The translations under genes and the position numbers were made by a program. DNA of 64,000 nt from Podarcis liolepis (taxonomy: Eukaryota), in NCBI GenBank assembly GCA_965112155.1, contig OZ218105.1; one strand, 5' to 3'. The notes under the pieces are model-generated. The model had not been told where the DNA came from, did not search any database, and saw only the letters and a list, made by a program, of their open reading frames with translations. This document shows, in pieces, positions 1-11,576 of the stretch (its first letter is position 1; every line of letters begins with the position of its first letter).

Positions 1-254
1 GAATGAAGAAAGCATTTCATTGCACATCCCCCATGTGAATGAAGAAAGCAATGACTGTGACCTTGGTGTACAGCTGACCACAATGCCACAATGCACAGAT
101 GAGTCCAATTGCTAGGACTGCATCTGTTTTAATCTTTTTTCAAACGGACACATTGCAATAATATCTTTATTTTCATTTTAGAATGAAACCAGTTTATCAA
201 AAAGTGCTTTTCAGGGGCAAAAAAATATGTCCAATAGTTCAAAGTTGAGTGTCG

Positions 255-255
<1 letters not shown>

Positions 256-303
<48 letters not shown>
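256..303. repeat. (CA)n microsatellite
   Basis: Perfect AC run of about 24 units. Confidence 0.98.
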
Positions 304-307
<4 letters not shown>

Positions 308-370
308 TTGATTCTAGAATAAAATAACACGTGTGCACAGCCTCTGTTAAAAAAACACAATCAGAAAAAC

Positions 371-373
<3 letters not shown>

Positions 374-410
<37 letters not shown>
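374..410. repeat. (GT)n microsatellite
   Basis: Perfect GT run of about 18 units. Confidence 0.98.
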
Positions 411-411
<1 letters not shown>

Positions 412-1608
412 CATGCACATCAGGTGTCAAAGGGCAGGGTAAATAAACAATGTGAATAGATTATAATAAGTAAGGGAGGAGAGCTCAGCTACACCAATAA
501 AGATTTTTCATTTTATATGGTTTTTTTAAAAAATGCCAAAGAGATTTGAAATCTGAATAAAAGAAATATTGGCATTGTCTCTTGCTGTTAAGACGTCTTG
601 TGCCGCATACTTGCCTCTGAAGCTACTTGGCTCTGAAGGCCTTCTGTGACCTTCTGATCAGTTGTCCTGTCCCCCCAAATCCTTCTATAGTTGGCAACTG
701 GTTCCTTCTCACACTCCTCCTGTATATAATGGACAGCGTGTAATTAAAGTACAAAAGGGTGTGGGTGGGTGTTTAGACTTTCTGCCTTCAGGGCAAATCC
801 ACTAACCTTCACAGAACCATTAAAAATGACTGAGGTGGGTAATATTACGAAGGTGGCATTCATGATTGTCATTGTTCCCTCTCCATGCCAGGCCAAAGGT
901 TATGCTCTCCTTTTTTAATGCTTGCTCCCATTTCCCTCCAAATAGCTGCACCATAATTCTCCCCACCCTTGAACGCTGCCTTTGGTCTGAGGCCCCTAAA
1001 GTTCACCGTCTCTGTGGCTGCCTTGTGTTTTTCTTCCTTCCATGAAAGCCTATTCTTAGCCTCTGTAAGGGGTTTGAGGTGCATAAGCTTATGAAACTGT
1101 GGCAGCTGTAACAGCCTTGAAGAGGGTACAATAACTACTGTACAGCTGCTACAATGTTCTTAAGCATTTGCTGCAAGCTGGTTTAAGCCTGTCCTTTTTC
1201 TTTTTCTTTTTCCTTTTGGTAAAAGATACCTGTTACCATGCTCCTAATTAGCTTACTTGCTATTTGGAGAAAGCATCACTGGTTTTTCTATCATCCAGTC
1301 TTTATTAAGTGAGCTGTTGCTGAGACGAATAGGGTTCTTTATAATGATGAAGTCCTTTTTACGCTTATTAGTCCTTAAAGCAAGCCTCTTCTTATAGAAC
1401 AAAGTTGCCTTTTTTACCCCTTCAGACTTACAGTAGGAACAAGTAAAGCGGATTTTTCCCCCCTCTCTCTTTCTCCCCCTCCTGTGCTGAAGTATTTTAT
1501 TAAAAGTTTTAGTGGCTGCACTAAGCGTAAGGTGCCTGCGCCTTTAATCATTTTCATCTTTAAAATAGAACCTTATATTTTTCACATCTTCAGCTGTCCC
1601 GGAGGGCA

Positions 1609-1748
1609 NNNNNNNNNNNNNNNNNNNNNNNNNNNNNNNNNNNNNNNNNNNNNNNNNNNNNNNNNNNNNNNNNNNNNNNNNNNNNNNNNNNNNNNNNNNN
1701 NNNNNNNNNNNNNNNNNNNNNNNNNNNNNNNNNNNNNNNNNNNNNNNN
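1609..1748. other. Assembly gap
   Basis: Run of N. Confidence 1.
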
Positions 1749-2229
1749 AAAAACATATATTTTCTCAGTAGGACTTTGGGCTTTAACACCGCAGCAGCAA
1801 AAGTGTCATGAGTTGTAATTTGTTGATGGCCACTGCACATTCGTTACTGTGGGAGCACAGGCAGAAAGAACAAGCCCAATCGACACTGCATTCAAGAGGA
1901 TCTAAAAGGGATCATCTCAATTTACTTGTTGCTGGTCACTTGTTTTTGCTTGTTTTTAATCACCATCTTACCCTACAAATGGGCAGCATCTCTGACGATT
2001 GCTAATGTAGGCTGGTTTCAAATGCCCAAGACATTGTGGATAGAAACACACAGTTTTTAAAAAGAGAAAGAAATTGCCTATGTGAATGACTTTTCCCAAT
2101 CCCTGGAAAAGATTAAGGAAGATCTTTGATATGTCTGAGTTCATTAAGAAGGAAGCAAAACAGGGAATGAAAACCCAGGTATCTGGCAGTGATACACACA
2201 CACACAAACACACACATTCTCTCTCTGTA

Positions 2230-2391
2230 GGCTGTGTACACACTGTTTCTTCAAAGCACATTCAGAAAACATCCTTTCCCTCAAAGAATTCTGGGCAATG
2301 TAGTTTTTTAAGGGTTGCTGGGAATTGTGACTCTGTGCGGGACAAACTACCGTGCCCCAAATACCAGAAAAGGTATAGTGTAAACACAGTT
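2230..2391. mobile_element. Old MITE, possibly PIF/Harbinger-like
   Basis: Ends GGCTGTGTACACAC...GTGTAAACACAG are imperfect inverted repeats. The internal GAATTCTGGG/GGGAATTGT motif recurs near 30205-30365 and 46780-46970. Confidence 0.45.
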
Positions 2392-3019
2392 TCTCCATTC
2401 CTGCCCCCATCAACCTTTTGTGGACAGGGTTTAGAAATTTTATTCTCCAAAGAACAGAATACAGTATGCGAAGAATGTGGGAGATGGAAGTGATAAGCCT
2501 TATAATTTAAGAGGACACCAACTCAGGGCTATCTCACTATCTTAAGGTGCAACCTGGAAAAGGGTGCTGTGCTTAACCTCTCATCTGTATTTTTTGTGGT
2601 GGTGGTGGTTGCTTGGCATTAGAGTACAGCAATGAAATCCAAGAGATACATCTCTATAATACATTATAATTTCCAGGTTGTTGATTCCCTTTGTAGTTTA
2701 AGCCTTATAGTTACTGTACCCAGTGGATGGCTCATGTTTTACGATCTTTAGCAACCATTTTTTTCACTGAATGGATTAAATATAAATAGACTTTAGGTTT
2801 ATTGAAACATTTTGCTGATGGTTATACACACATACTGCATACATACATGTTGCAGATGCAATATACAAGTTTTATTATATAGTCACAGATCTAGTTAAAA
2901 ATGTGCATGCAATTATAGTTCTCTCACTCAGTGTGTGTTTACAATGGCAACATTTGCACCCCAAGAAAACACTTGAATGGTAGCTCTTAAATATTTCAAG
3001 CTTTTATGTATTATCTGAG

Positions 3020-3172
3020 TAGCCTACTTTCTCTCTAAGAAACGCAGGGAAGCATATGCAAGTCCCCCATTTTATTCTCACAACCACCCTGTGAGCTGCA
3101 TGGCTGAGTTGATATTTGAACCTGGTTCTCCCCAATTCCTAGTCCAGCACTCTAACCATCACCCCATGCTGG
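3020..3172 (-). mobile_element. tRNA-derived MIR/CORE-like squamate SINE, degraded
   Basis: CATTTTATTCTCACAACCACCCTGTGAG core and TTTGAACC B-box are the reverse complement of the fuller copy at 27826. Confidence 0.7.
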
Positions 3173-4138
3173 TTCTGATTTTTTTTCATGAAAAATTCAC
3201 AGATCCTTAAGTGACACGAACAAAATGAAGGAAAAACATACATATACATTTCCAGATTAGGGACCTTCACTGGTTTATATTTTTCACCACACAAATATTC
3301 CAGAAGGAAACACCTGAAAATTCACTAGATTCTGAATCCTAAGCATATTTGCTTGTAGCAAAATTCCATGGGCTCCAACAGGATCACACCTGATGAGTTG
3401 TTGCTGCAGCTTATAAAAACTTGCTAAAGCATATTGGTTAGCCCTTTTTTGGTCAGAATTCATCCATTTTATCTTCCTGTTCAGGACAATAGCATCTTTC
3501 CTTCTTTCCTTCTTTCTTTCTATTAAAAAAAATCAAATTATTTTCTCAGCAAATCCGCTGTGCAGCTACTTTGCTCCAGTGTTTTCCAAGGAGCTGGAGA
3601 CGAGGGCATAGATATCACTTTAAGGCTTGGTGGGATCACTCCCAAGACAGAGCTCACTCAGCCTTGATACAAAGTGAAAGGCTAAAATGAGTGCTCTTCT
3701 ATTATTTAGGCACCTGTCCATAGGCTGGAAGAAATCCCACTTGTGCAGATTTAGCCAGAGAAAGCAGAGATAACCACCCTGCTTTCTGCAGCTAATAAGA
3801 TGTGAAGGGGAAGAAATAATGAGTATTGCACTGTATTTTCTGTTGTTTTGTTCTGTCTTTCTCCCTTGCTTCCCCCACCCGCCACGCACAAGGCAGAAAG
3901 GAGCAATATTCTCTGAACGCTGGCAGTGATTCCAGTCATTTTAAAATGAAAAGGGCTATTTGTTTCCAAATTACAGTAGCCACTGGAATGCATACATCTA
4001 GAGCACCCAAATCTTCATTTTGTGAAATAAAATTACTTGTCAGTAATTTGCTCACTGCTCCCATATCCCCGCCCAGCTGGCTGGTCAGAAGCTATCAGAT
4101 AGCTTGCAGCTGCCAGCTGAAGCTGGGCCATTTTTTCT

Positions 4139-4414
4139 NNNNNNNNNNNNNNNNNNNNNNNNNNNNNNNNNNNNNNNNNNNNNNNNNNNNNNNNNNNNNN
4201 NNNNNNNNNNNNNNNNNNNNNNNNNNNNNNNNNNNNNNNNNNNNNNNNNNNNNNNNNNNNNNNNNNNNNNNNNNNNNNNNNNNNNNNNNNNNNNNNNNNN
4301 NNNNNNNNNNNNNNNNNNNNNNNNNNNNNNNNNNNNNNNNNNNNNNNNNNNNNNNNNNNNNNNNNNNNNNNNNNNNNNNNNNNNNNNNNNNNNNNNNNNN
4401 NNNNNNNNNNNNNN
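4139..4414. other. Assembly gap
   Basis: Run of N. Confidence 1.
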
Positions 4415-5418
4415 GTTCTGAGATGTATCTGTGGGGGGCAGCATGAGACCACCAAAGAGCTCTTTAGATTGATGATAAATTCTCTGAATTCTACTGTAAT
4501 ACCGCTTAAATTTACTTAGCAATTAGTTTAATAGGCCTACATGATTCATGATAACATAGTGAGAATTTTTAAATAAGTTTGCTTCATCCATCTATAAATT
4601 AAGCCGCTTACCTCAGCTTTCTTCCCAAGGTGATAGAATATCTTAACTAATCAGACTTCAGAAACAAAGATGATGTTGGACAAGGGATTTGGGTTACTGG
4701 AATATATTTCCGTGTGAATGCATTGCAGCTTGCATCTTAAAGCTGCTACAGCTGAAACGAATTTTCATGACTTTCGTCCTTATCACCGAAATTTGCATGC
4801 TTTCCGTGAGGGAGAATTGTTCACCAAAGAGCTCAGCAAACTAACTGCATGGAAACGAAAAGTGTTTCTCTGCTTTTTCTCCACACCTTGGCTCATAATC
4901 AAAGCAAAATTTTTAAAAAAACCTATGTAAATGTTGATGTTCAAAGGTTCTCGGGGTTTATGCAGCCCGCAGGTACTGGTGCACAGTACAGTCAAGTAGA
5001 GTGATGACTTGTGCATTGCTAAAAGAAGGAAAGGCATCATGAAAAAGGACAAAAAGAAGGCACTGCTTTGCATACTATTTCAGTATACAAATAGATAAAT
5101 ATAGATGCACATTTTGAAATAATTACTGTAATTTAAATCAAAACACTATGCATCTGACCATACTGAATAAGACTATAATTAGGAGAGTTGCGTGCTTGGT
5201 CTGTCAAACCATTGCTGGGCAACTTCAAGGCCCATTCTGTTATCTCTTCTTTAAACCAGAATTACTTTTCTTATTAAATTTATATCTCACCTTTTCCTCC
5301 AAGGAGCTCAAGGTGACGTACACACTTCTCCCTCTGTCCATTTTATCCTCGCAACAACTCTGTGAGATAGGTAAGAATTAGTGGTCATTTGAACCCTGCT
5401 CTTCCATGTCTTGGTCCA

Positions 5419-6435
5419 TGTCATGGAGTACTTGGATGCAGAGGAATGGTGAGAGGAACCAGCTGGGGAACCTCCAAGGGAAGAAGGCTCAGAGCCCAGG
5501 GGATTGGTGATGGGACAACGATGAGTGGTCAAAGGGAGAAGATAGAGCAGGCTGGGAGGAGGAGGAGGTGTCGGGTGCTTAATGAGCTGGAGAAATCTGT
5601 GGCAGAGAGAAGTCCAGGATCAGAGGCAGAAGTGGAAGCAGGAGAGGAGGCCATGGGGGTCTCCCCTTCTGTTGTGACAAGCTCCCAGGACCAGGAGAAG
5701 CATGAAAAGGATGCTGGGCACCACAGTTCAAGAAGGACACTGACAAACTGGAACGTGTCCAGAGGAGGGCAACCAAAATGGTCAAAGGCCTGGAAACGAT
5801 GCCTTATGAGGAACGGCTAAGGGAGCTGGGCATGTTTAGCCTGGAGAAGAGGAGGTTAAGGGGTGATATGATAGCCATGTTCAAATATATAAAAGGATGT
5901 CACATAGAGGAGGGAGAAAGGTTGTTTTCTGCTGCTCCAGACAAGCGGACACGGAGCAATGGATCCAAACTACAAGAAAGAAGATTCCACCTAAACATTA
6001 GGAAGAACTTCCTGACAGTAAGAGCTGTTCGACAGTGGAATTTGCTGCCAAGGAGTGTGGTGGAGTCTCCTTCTTTGGAGGTCTTTAAGCAGAGGCTTGA
6101 CAACCATATGTCAGGAGTGCTCTGATGGTGTTTCCTGCTAGGCAGGGGGTTGGACTCGATGGCCCTTGTGGTCTATTCCAACTCTATGATTCTATGATAG
6201 AAGAGAAGTTAGCTTGACACAGGCTCAGTCCGAGATTGCTTGAGATAAACCCTGGAGAGCAGCTGTGGGGAGGCAGGGACCTTCAGTCTTAGCAACTGCT
6301 TCATGGGGCAAGACCATACTGGAGATGAGTTGCTGGGTTCATTAGGCCTGACATTCCTCTGCAGATCCTGCTTTTTCTAATAAAGAGTTAACTCCAACTT
6401 GCTTGGTGTGATTTACTGCTGGCTTGCTCCTGTCA
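5419..6435 (+). mobile_element. Solo LTR (Gypsy-like), interrupted by CR1
   Basis: TG...CA termini (TGTCA...TGTCA), 5-bp TSD GTCCA at 5414-5418 and 6436-6440, AATAAA about 55 nt before the 3' end, second copy at 7473. Confidence 0.8.
5712..6198 (+). mobile_element. CR1 LINE 3' fragment (young)
   Basis: ORF 5778-6125 is the CR1 ORF2 C-terminus ([21 protein letters not shown]...[20 protein letters not shown]). Ends in the (ATTCTATG)n CR1 tail. Confidence 0.97.
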
Positions 6436-6796
6436 GTCCAGCACTGTAATCAGTACACCATGCCGGACAGCCCTTCAAATGAAGGCCATAGTCTCCTGTC
6501 AGCTCTTCAAATAGAAGGCTGTCCTCTTAAAATACAGCACAAAAACCATGTCCACGTTGGGTCCTAGATTGGTGGGTGAACCAACTGGATATGTCTACTT
6601 TCACAGGCAAGACATTTTCTGTAATAGAATACGTGCCCATGCTACAGCTCAGGGCAGTTCTTGAGCCTTGGCAGTAAGAGTGTACAATCCCTGATCTTGC
6701 CTGGTCAAATTCAGTGGAATCTTAAAAAGCAACCATGTTTTAAAATGTTTGTTTCCAATAGCTCTTGAAAAAACCAAGTAAAGTCAGCTTATAATA

Positions 6797-7024
6797 ATAG
6801 AATCAGATAACTGTGGAGTTGGAAAGGACCCCGAGGGTCATCTAGTCCAGCCCCCTGCAATGCAGGAATCTCAACCAGATCCTACATGACAGGTGGTCAT
6901 CCAGCTCCTGCTTAAAAACCTCCAAGGAAGGAGAGTCCACCATCTCTCATGGGAGTTCGTTCTACTGTCTAACAGCTCTTACTGTCAGAAAGTTCCTTCT
7001 GATGTTTAGTCGGAATCTCCTTTC
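6797..7024 (-). mobile_element. CR1 LINE 3' fragment (older subfamily)
   Basis: Reverse-complement similarity to 5975-6198 and 28790-29013. Confidence 0.92.
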
Positions 7025-7075
7025 CCAAACAAAGCTCATCCAGTTCAAAACCGATAAATTATCTGATTACTGATA

Positions 7076-7301
7076 CAGTGGTACCTCTGGTTACGTACTT
7101 AATTTGTTCCGGAGGTCCGTTCTTAACCTGAAACTGTTCTTAACCTGAAGCACCACTTTAGCTAATGGGGCCTCCCGCTGCCACCTCATTGCCGCCGTGC
7201 GATTTCTGTTCTCATCCTGAAGCAAAGTTCTTAACCCGAGGTAATATTTCTGGGTTAGTGGAGTCTGTAACCTGAAGCGTCTGTAACCCGAGGTACCACT
7301 G
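7076..7301. mobile_element. Tc1/mariner (Tigger/pogo-like) MITE
   Basis: TIRs CAGTGGTACCTC...GAGGTACCACTG flanked by TA TSDs, multiple copies in the window. Confidence 0.93.
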
Positions 7302-7472
7302 TAGTTTCATTTTATTTGTCCCCCATTAACTTTTTATGATTAACCTTACATTTTGTAAACCAAGGCACATTCTTTATTTATGTTGTTAGGGGTCTGTGAG
7401 GGTTGGATGAGTCTCGGAAGACATTGGGTGCATCTATAGCACACACAGTAGTGTTGTTGATGATGGTGATGA

Positions 7473-8150
7473 TGTCATGGACTGGCTGGATGCAGAGGAA
7501 CCGCCAGGGGAAGAAGGCTCAGAGCCCAGGGACTGGTGGGATGACGATGAGTGGTCAGAGGAGAAGAGGGAGCAGACAGGGAGGAGGAGGTATCAGAAGC
7601 TGAAGAGGTAACAGAGTTTAGTGAGCAGGAAAAGGCTTTGGCAGACAGTAGTCCAAAATGCAGAGGCAGAAGCAGAGGAGGGAGGGGTCAGGAGACAGAA
7701 TGGAGGCAGGCTGCTGAAGAAACCAGGGAATCTCCTCAATCTTCAGTCCTCGCAATTGCCTCATTGGTCTACAGTGACCTACAGTGACCTACAAGACCTA
7801 CAAGACCTACAGTGGTACCTCTGATTACGAACTTAATTCGTTCCAGAGGTCTGTTTGTAACCCGAAACCACTTGTAACATGAGGCATGCTTTCACTAATA
7901 GTGCCTCCTGCTGCTGCCGCGCTGCCGGCGTGCGAACTCTGCTCCCGGGGCAAAGTTTGCAACAAGGGGCATCTACTTCCGGGTTAGTGGAGCTCATAAC
8001 CTGCAGCGTTTCCAAGGAGGACGGTACATAACACAAGGTTCCACTGTACTAGGAAGAGTTGCTGTGTGCACTACTTTGGTTTCTTTGAATAAGAGTTAAC
8101 TTCACTGACACCGGGTGTTTTATTGCTGACCTTCCCCTGGCTCCACTTAC
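7473..8150 (+). mobile_element. Second, degraded solo LTR of the 5419 family, interrupted by a MITE
   Basis: Starts TGTCATGGA and shares GGATGCAGAGGAA, GGGAAGAAGGCTCAGAGCCCAGGG and 3' AATAA(A)GAGTTAACT. 3' end and TSD not resolved. Confidence 0.7.
7810..8046. mobile_element. Tc1/mariner MITE (divergent subfamily)
   Basis: TA-CAGTGGTACCTC...AAGGTTCCACTG-TA. Confidence 0.88.
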
Positions 8151-8349
8151 GTGGATGGGGTTCAGCCAGGCAGGCAGGGCAGCAGTGAGGTTGGGACCAT
8201 GTGAGGTTGGGACCAGCAAGACCTCCAGATTGGCATCAATGGTCTTGCTAAAGCACCTATGTAGGCCCCATCTCACTGCCCCAGTCTCATCCAGGTAAGC
8301 AGCAGAGATGCTGGTGTCAGGAGGGTAGCTCTGTGGCCACTCACATCAC

Positions 8350-8520
8350 ATCACACAGGGCAAGGATACATAGGAAAATATATATACCAAAAGAAATGTG
8401 CACTAAATGTTGACGAATTTTCATGAGGGCTGTAATTACATAAACACTGGTGTAGAAATGTGGCAATTTGAAATTGGAAAAAAGGAGAGGCTCAGAGAAA
8501 TGGGCAGATTTGTCCATCCT
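8350..8520 (+). mobile_element. Old unclassified interspersed repeat (putative non-autonomous DNA transposon), partial
   Basis: GAAATGTGG...AAATTGGAAAAA.GAGA motif shared with 54187-54560 (+) and 44676-45106 (-). Confidence 0.5.
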
Positions 8521-9084
8521 TATACACCACACTGCTGTGGTGTATCAACTGTTGTCACTGCAGGAACACTGACGAAGTTTGCGTCTTTTACACTAAGCTC
8601 AAAATTCTGGAGCGGTTCCACAAATAACGACCCAGTCATAAGACTGGGTCCAGATTAAGCTAGATCTAAAATCAGCACTAAAGTGAGGCTCTTAACCCTA
8701 CCCTAATATTTGCTCCGGAAAGTGGTCAAATGATTGTAGAAGTGAATAGTTTGGTATAGATCTATTGAATTCTAGAAGACTGTAGCTTCAGTACATATAC
8801 CTCCTTTAGGTTCTCCCAAGGATTTGTGTGTGTACCCAGCAGGCTATTTGACTTTTTCCTTTCAACAATAGCCCCACCCCATGCTGCATCACAAACTGCT
8901 TTGAAACTCCCTGAGTTATATAATCAAAAGCCCAGCTGGGGACATGGAGCTAGCTGCACAGTTCATCACACCGTGGCCTGTATAAGAATTAGATTGTTTA
9001 CCTTCCAAAAACTTGATTTTTCACATTAAGGATGCAAGCCTATGCACACTTAAAAAACAGTGTGAACATGTATAAGATTGTACA

Positions 9085-9180
9085 GTGAGACTGCAGTATG
9101 TACTATACATGCTGACATGGGAGTCAGTCCCATTGAACTCAGTGGGATTTATTTCTGAGTAAACTCACACAAAATCTCTT
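9085..9180. mobile_element. Short palindromic MITE-like repeat
   Basis: AGTCCCATTGAACTCAGTGGGA.TT palindromic core, with related copies near 3330-3410, 18900-19005, 47255-47310 and 49790-49940. Confidence 0.55.
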
Positions 9181-9597
9181 ATCAGACTGACTCTGGTCAC
9201 ATGAAAAGCACATTAGAAATGAAACTAGTTGAAGCATAGGGTGGTGGTTTTTAATGGACATCAGTTTAATAAATAAAGTGCATAGTGAACCATTTTCCAT
9301 ATAGATCTTTAATCAGACGCTGCAGGTACAACCCACCAAGCCCAGTAGCAAGTGCTCTGCATGTTGTTGACATACAGGATATAGTGAAACAGCTCTGGGT
9401 AACTGATTAATTTGCAAGGCTTGGAATCTAATTTATTTTTGGTTACTACTGTTATTCTACATATCCAGCAGTGCAATCTGTATCAGATCTCTCTTCAATT
9501 CGTATTGTCAGGGAAAGGAATTTGAAAGATAGAGGGAGAGAGAGGTTATTAATTAGAATGTGTGTGTGTCTCCCACAGTTGATAGTTCATGTGGAGT

Positions 9598-9603
9598 TTT
9601 ATT
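9598..9603 (-). terminator. Candidate polyadenylation signal AATAAA
   Basis: TTTATT on +. On the minus strand it follows a U-rich tract rich in TGTA motifs that resembles a 3'UTR end. Confidence 0.3.
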
Positions 9604-11338
9604 GCTAATTTACAATTCTTTTACAAGCTTTCACCACACCCAATTTGTGTATTATTTATTACCTTCATACATTCTAGAAATATCAGAGAGATCAGATATA
9701 GCCAGACCCATGTACAATTTCACACATATATATATATAAACACCAATAAAAATGAGCATTTTTGGACAGAATTCTATACACTGTGATAAAAAGAGCCTTG
9801 GATGGTTTACCAATAATTATGTACAACACACTATCGGGATGAAGTGGCACGATTCATGGGACTAGAGCACTCAATCTTCAGTTAATTCCTTTTATATTCC
9901 ATCCTTTCCCCCCATGAACACACCATTAAAAAAGAAGAAGAAAAAAGCCTGCCACCAAAAACATCTTTGCCGTTTCGGCTCTACTGTAGCTACAATTTTT
10001 ACATCAAGACGTTTTGTCTCTTTCTCCACATCACACATTCCTTTCAAATTTACTGTCAGTGTTTGGTATTAAAAGTATTTAATATCAAAGAGATTCAGAA
10101 GCAAAAAAATAAAAAAAAACCCAGAAGATACAGAGCACACAGATATAATAAATGCAAGACAAGTAGTGGATTGCCCCACATGTGAAGCGGACTGTGGTAA
10201 CTCATATCAGGCTTCCTGTCACTTGCTGAGACATTTTTCATAAACCCTCACACGCTTGCATTTATCTTCAGTATAAACCCCAAGATGAATTCTCCAAAGA
10301 CATTAACAATAGATAAATGCTTATTAAACAAAACAGTCTCTTCCAGCATAACTATAGAATCAGTATTAAAAACAGTAAGATGTCCAAGGACTTAACTGAA
10401 ACGATGCCTTTTGGAGAGATACCCTCTGCTGCTTTCCACCTTTTTAAATATGCTATGTACTTACAATTAAATAAACATGAACTGAAACACAACCAAAACG
10501 CTAGCTGTCCTTTTGACCATTTGATTCAAAGGGTACAAAAGAATATAACGAATACCACAGTGGCACTAAAATATATATAGAGAAGGGGATGGGACGGGAT
10601 TATGGAGTAAAAAGGAATCAGGTACATTATATGAAAATTCTCATGGTGGTCCGTTATCATCATGCAAAACTTTTCATTATAAGCACACTGTAGTGCAGCT
10701 TGTAAATTTAATGAAAGAACCAAAGAACGGACCAACTTTCCTCTGAAAAACAAATTCTGGATATATTTCCAAACTAGGAATCTCTTGTACTTTCTTCCTA
10801 TTTGAAACGGCATCCTTTAAACAAACAGCAGCTATGAAGAGGTTTGCCAAAGTTCTTGCAAAAAAAGAAACCATCTCCCTACCCTCTTTCTTGCTTCTTG
10901 GTGCTAAAAGTAAATGCAAATGTTTGCAGGGTCCCTGTCGTTATATGAAGAAAGAATATCTTTATAAAAAAAGACCCATGGTTTATAGCTACATATTTGA
11001 TGTGCTGTTTAGCTATCATGGAGTAGGTGAGGTGGGCAGAATAAATAGAAGGGTCTCTGAATTATTCATAGAGCAATGTAAAATATTGGGGTGGTTATGG
11101 TTTGTGAAGCATTGAAAGGAGCCAGCAATTGCAGCCCTCGGAAATGCTGTGCAAAGTTGCATGGGTAATGTAATGAGGATGCAGATTGCTCTTCTCTGTT
11201 CTGGATGATGTAAGAGCTCCTGTATTACGTATCACCTTGCTGCAGAGCTGCCCTCATTTGATAATTGAACAAAACTGGTTTCCAAGACCGCTAGTCCTTT
11301 GTTAGCACACGTTTGTAATACCCCATAGGAGCCCCACA

Positions 11339-11373
11339 TTCTGATGATGTATTAATGTAATACATCATCAGAA
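11339..11373. repeat. Perfect 16-bp inverted repeat with 3-nt loop
   Basis: TTCTGATGATGTATTA-ATG-TAATACATCATCAGAA. Confidence 0.97.
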
Positions 11374-11529
11374 GCAGATGCCATTCCAGTGATATATTAG
11401 TGTAATACAGGAGAATGAGCCTCACTGATGATGTATTTAGTTTGCGTGAGATGACATTGTCCGGGGAAGAAAGGGTCCAAGAAGAGATTCATTTGTAATA
11501 GCAAAATGAAGTCAGCTAGTGCTCAGTAA

Positions 11530-11540
11530 GAAGAAGAAAA

Positions 11541-11576
<36 letters not shown>
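11530..11576. repeat. (AAAG)n / purine-rich microsatellite
   Basis: Direct inspection. Confidence 0.95.

Larger units (their letters stand above)
5270..6465 (-). mobile_element. MIR/CORE-like SINE split by an LTR insertion (parts about 5270-5418 and 6436-6465)
   Basis: CATTTTATCCTCGCAACAACTCTGTGAG...TTTGAACCC on the left resumes as GTCCAGCACT...TACACCATGC after the LTR, colinear with the copy at 3020. Confidence 0.7.

Noticed and set aside
1484-4522. Long ORFs in the track spanning X runs (also 56984-57380)
   Set aside because: They are open only because of assembly gaps.
5778-6125. 115-aa ORF as a host gene
   Set aside because: It is the CR1 ORF2 C-terminus. The same applies to the ORFs at 25134, 25838, 26182 (CR1), 17257 (L1), 33891 and 36611 (L2) and 59488 (BovB).
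11342-11428. Box C/D snoRNA (TGATGA...CTGA, about 87 nt)
   Set aside because: The C box lacks the leading purine and is buried in a perfect hairpin, the terminal stem is weak, and I see no rRNA guide. An Rfam or snoscan search would settle it.
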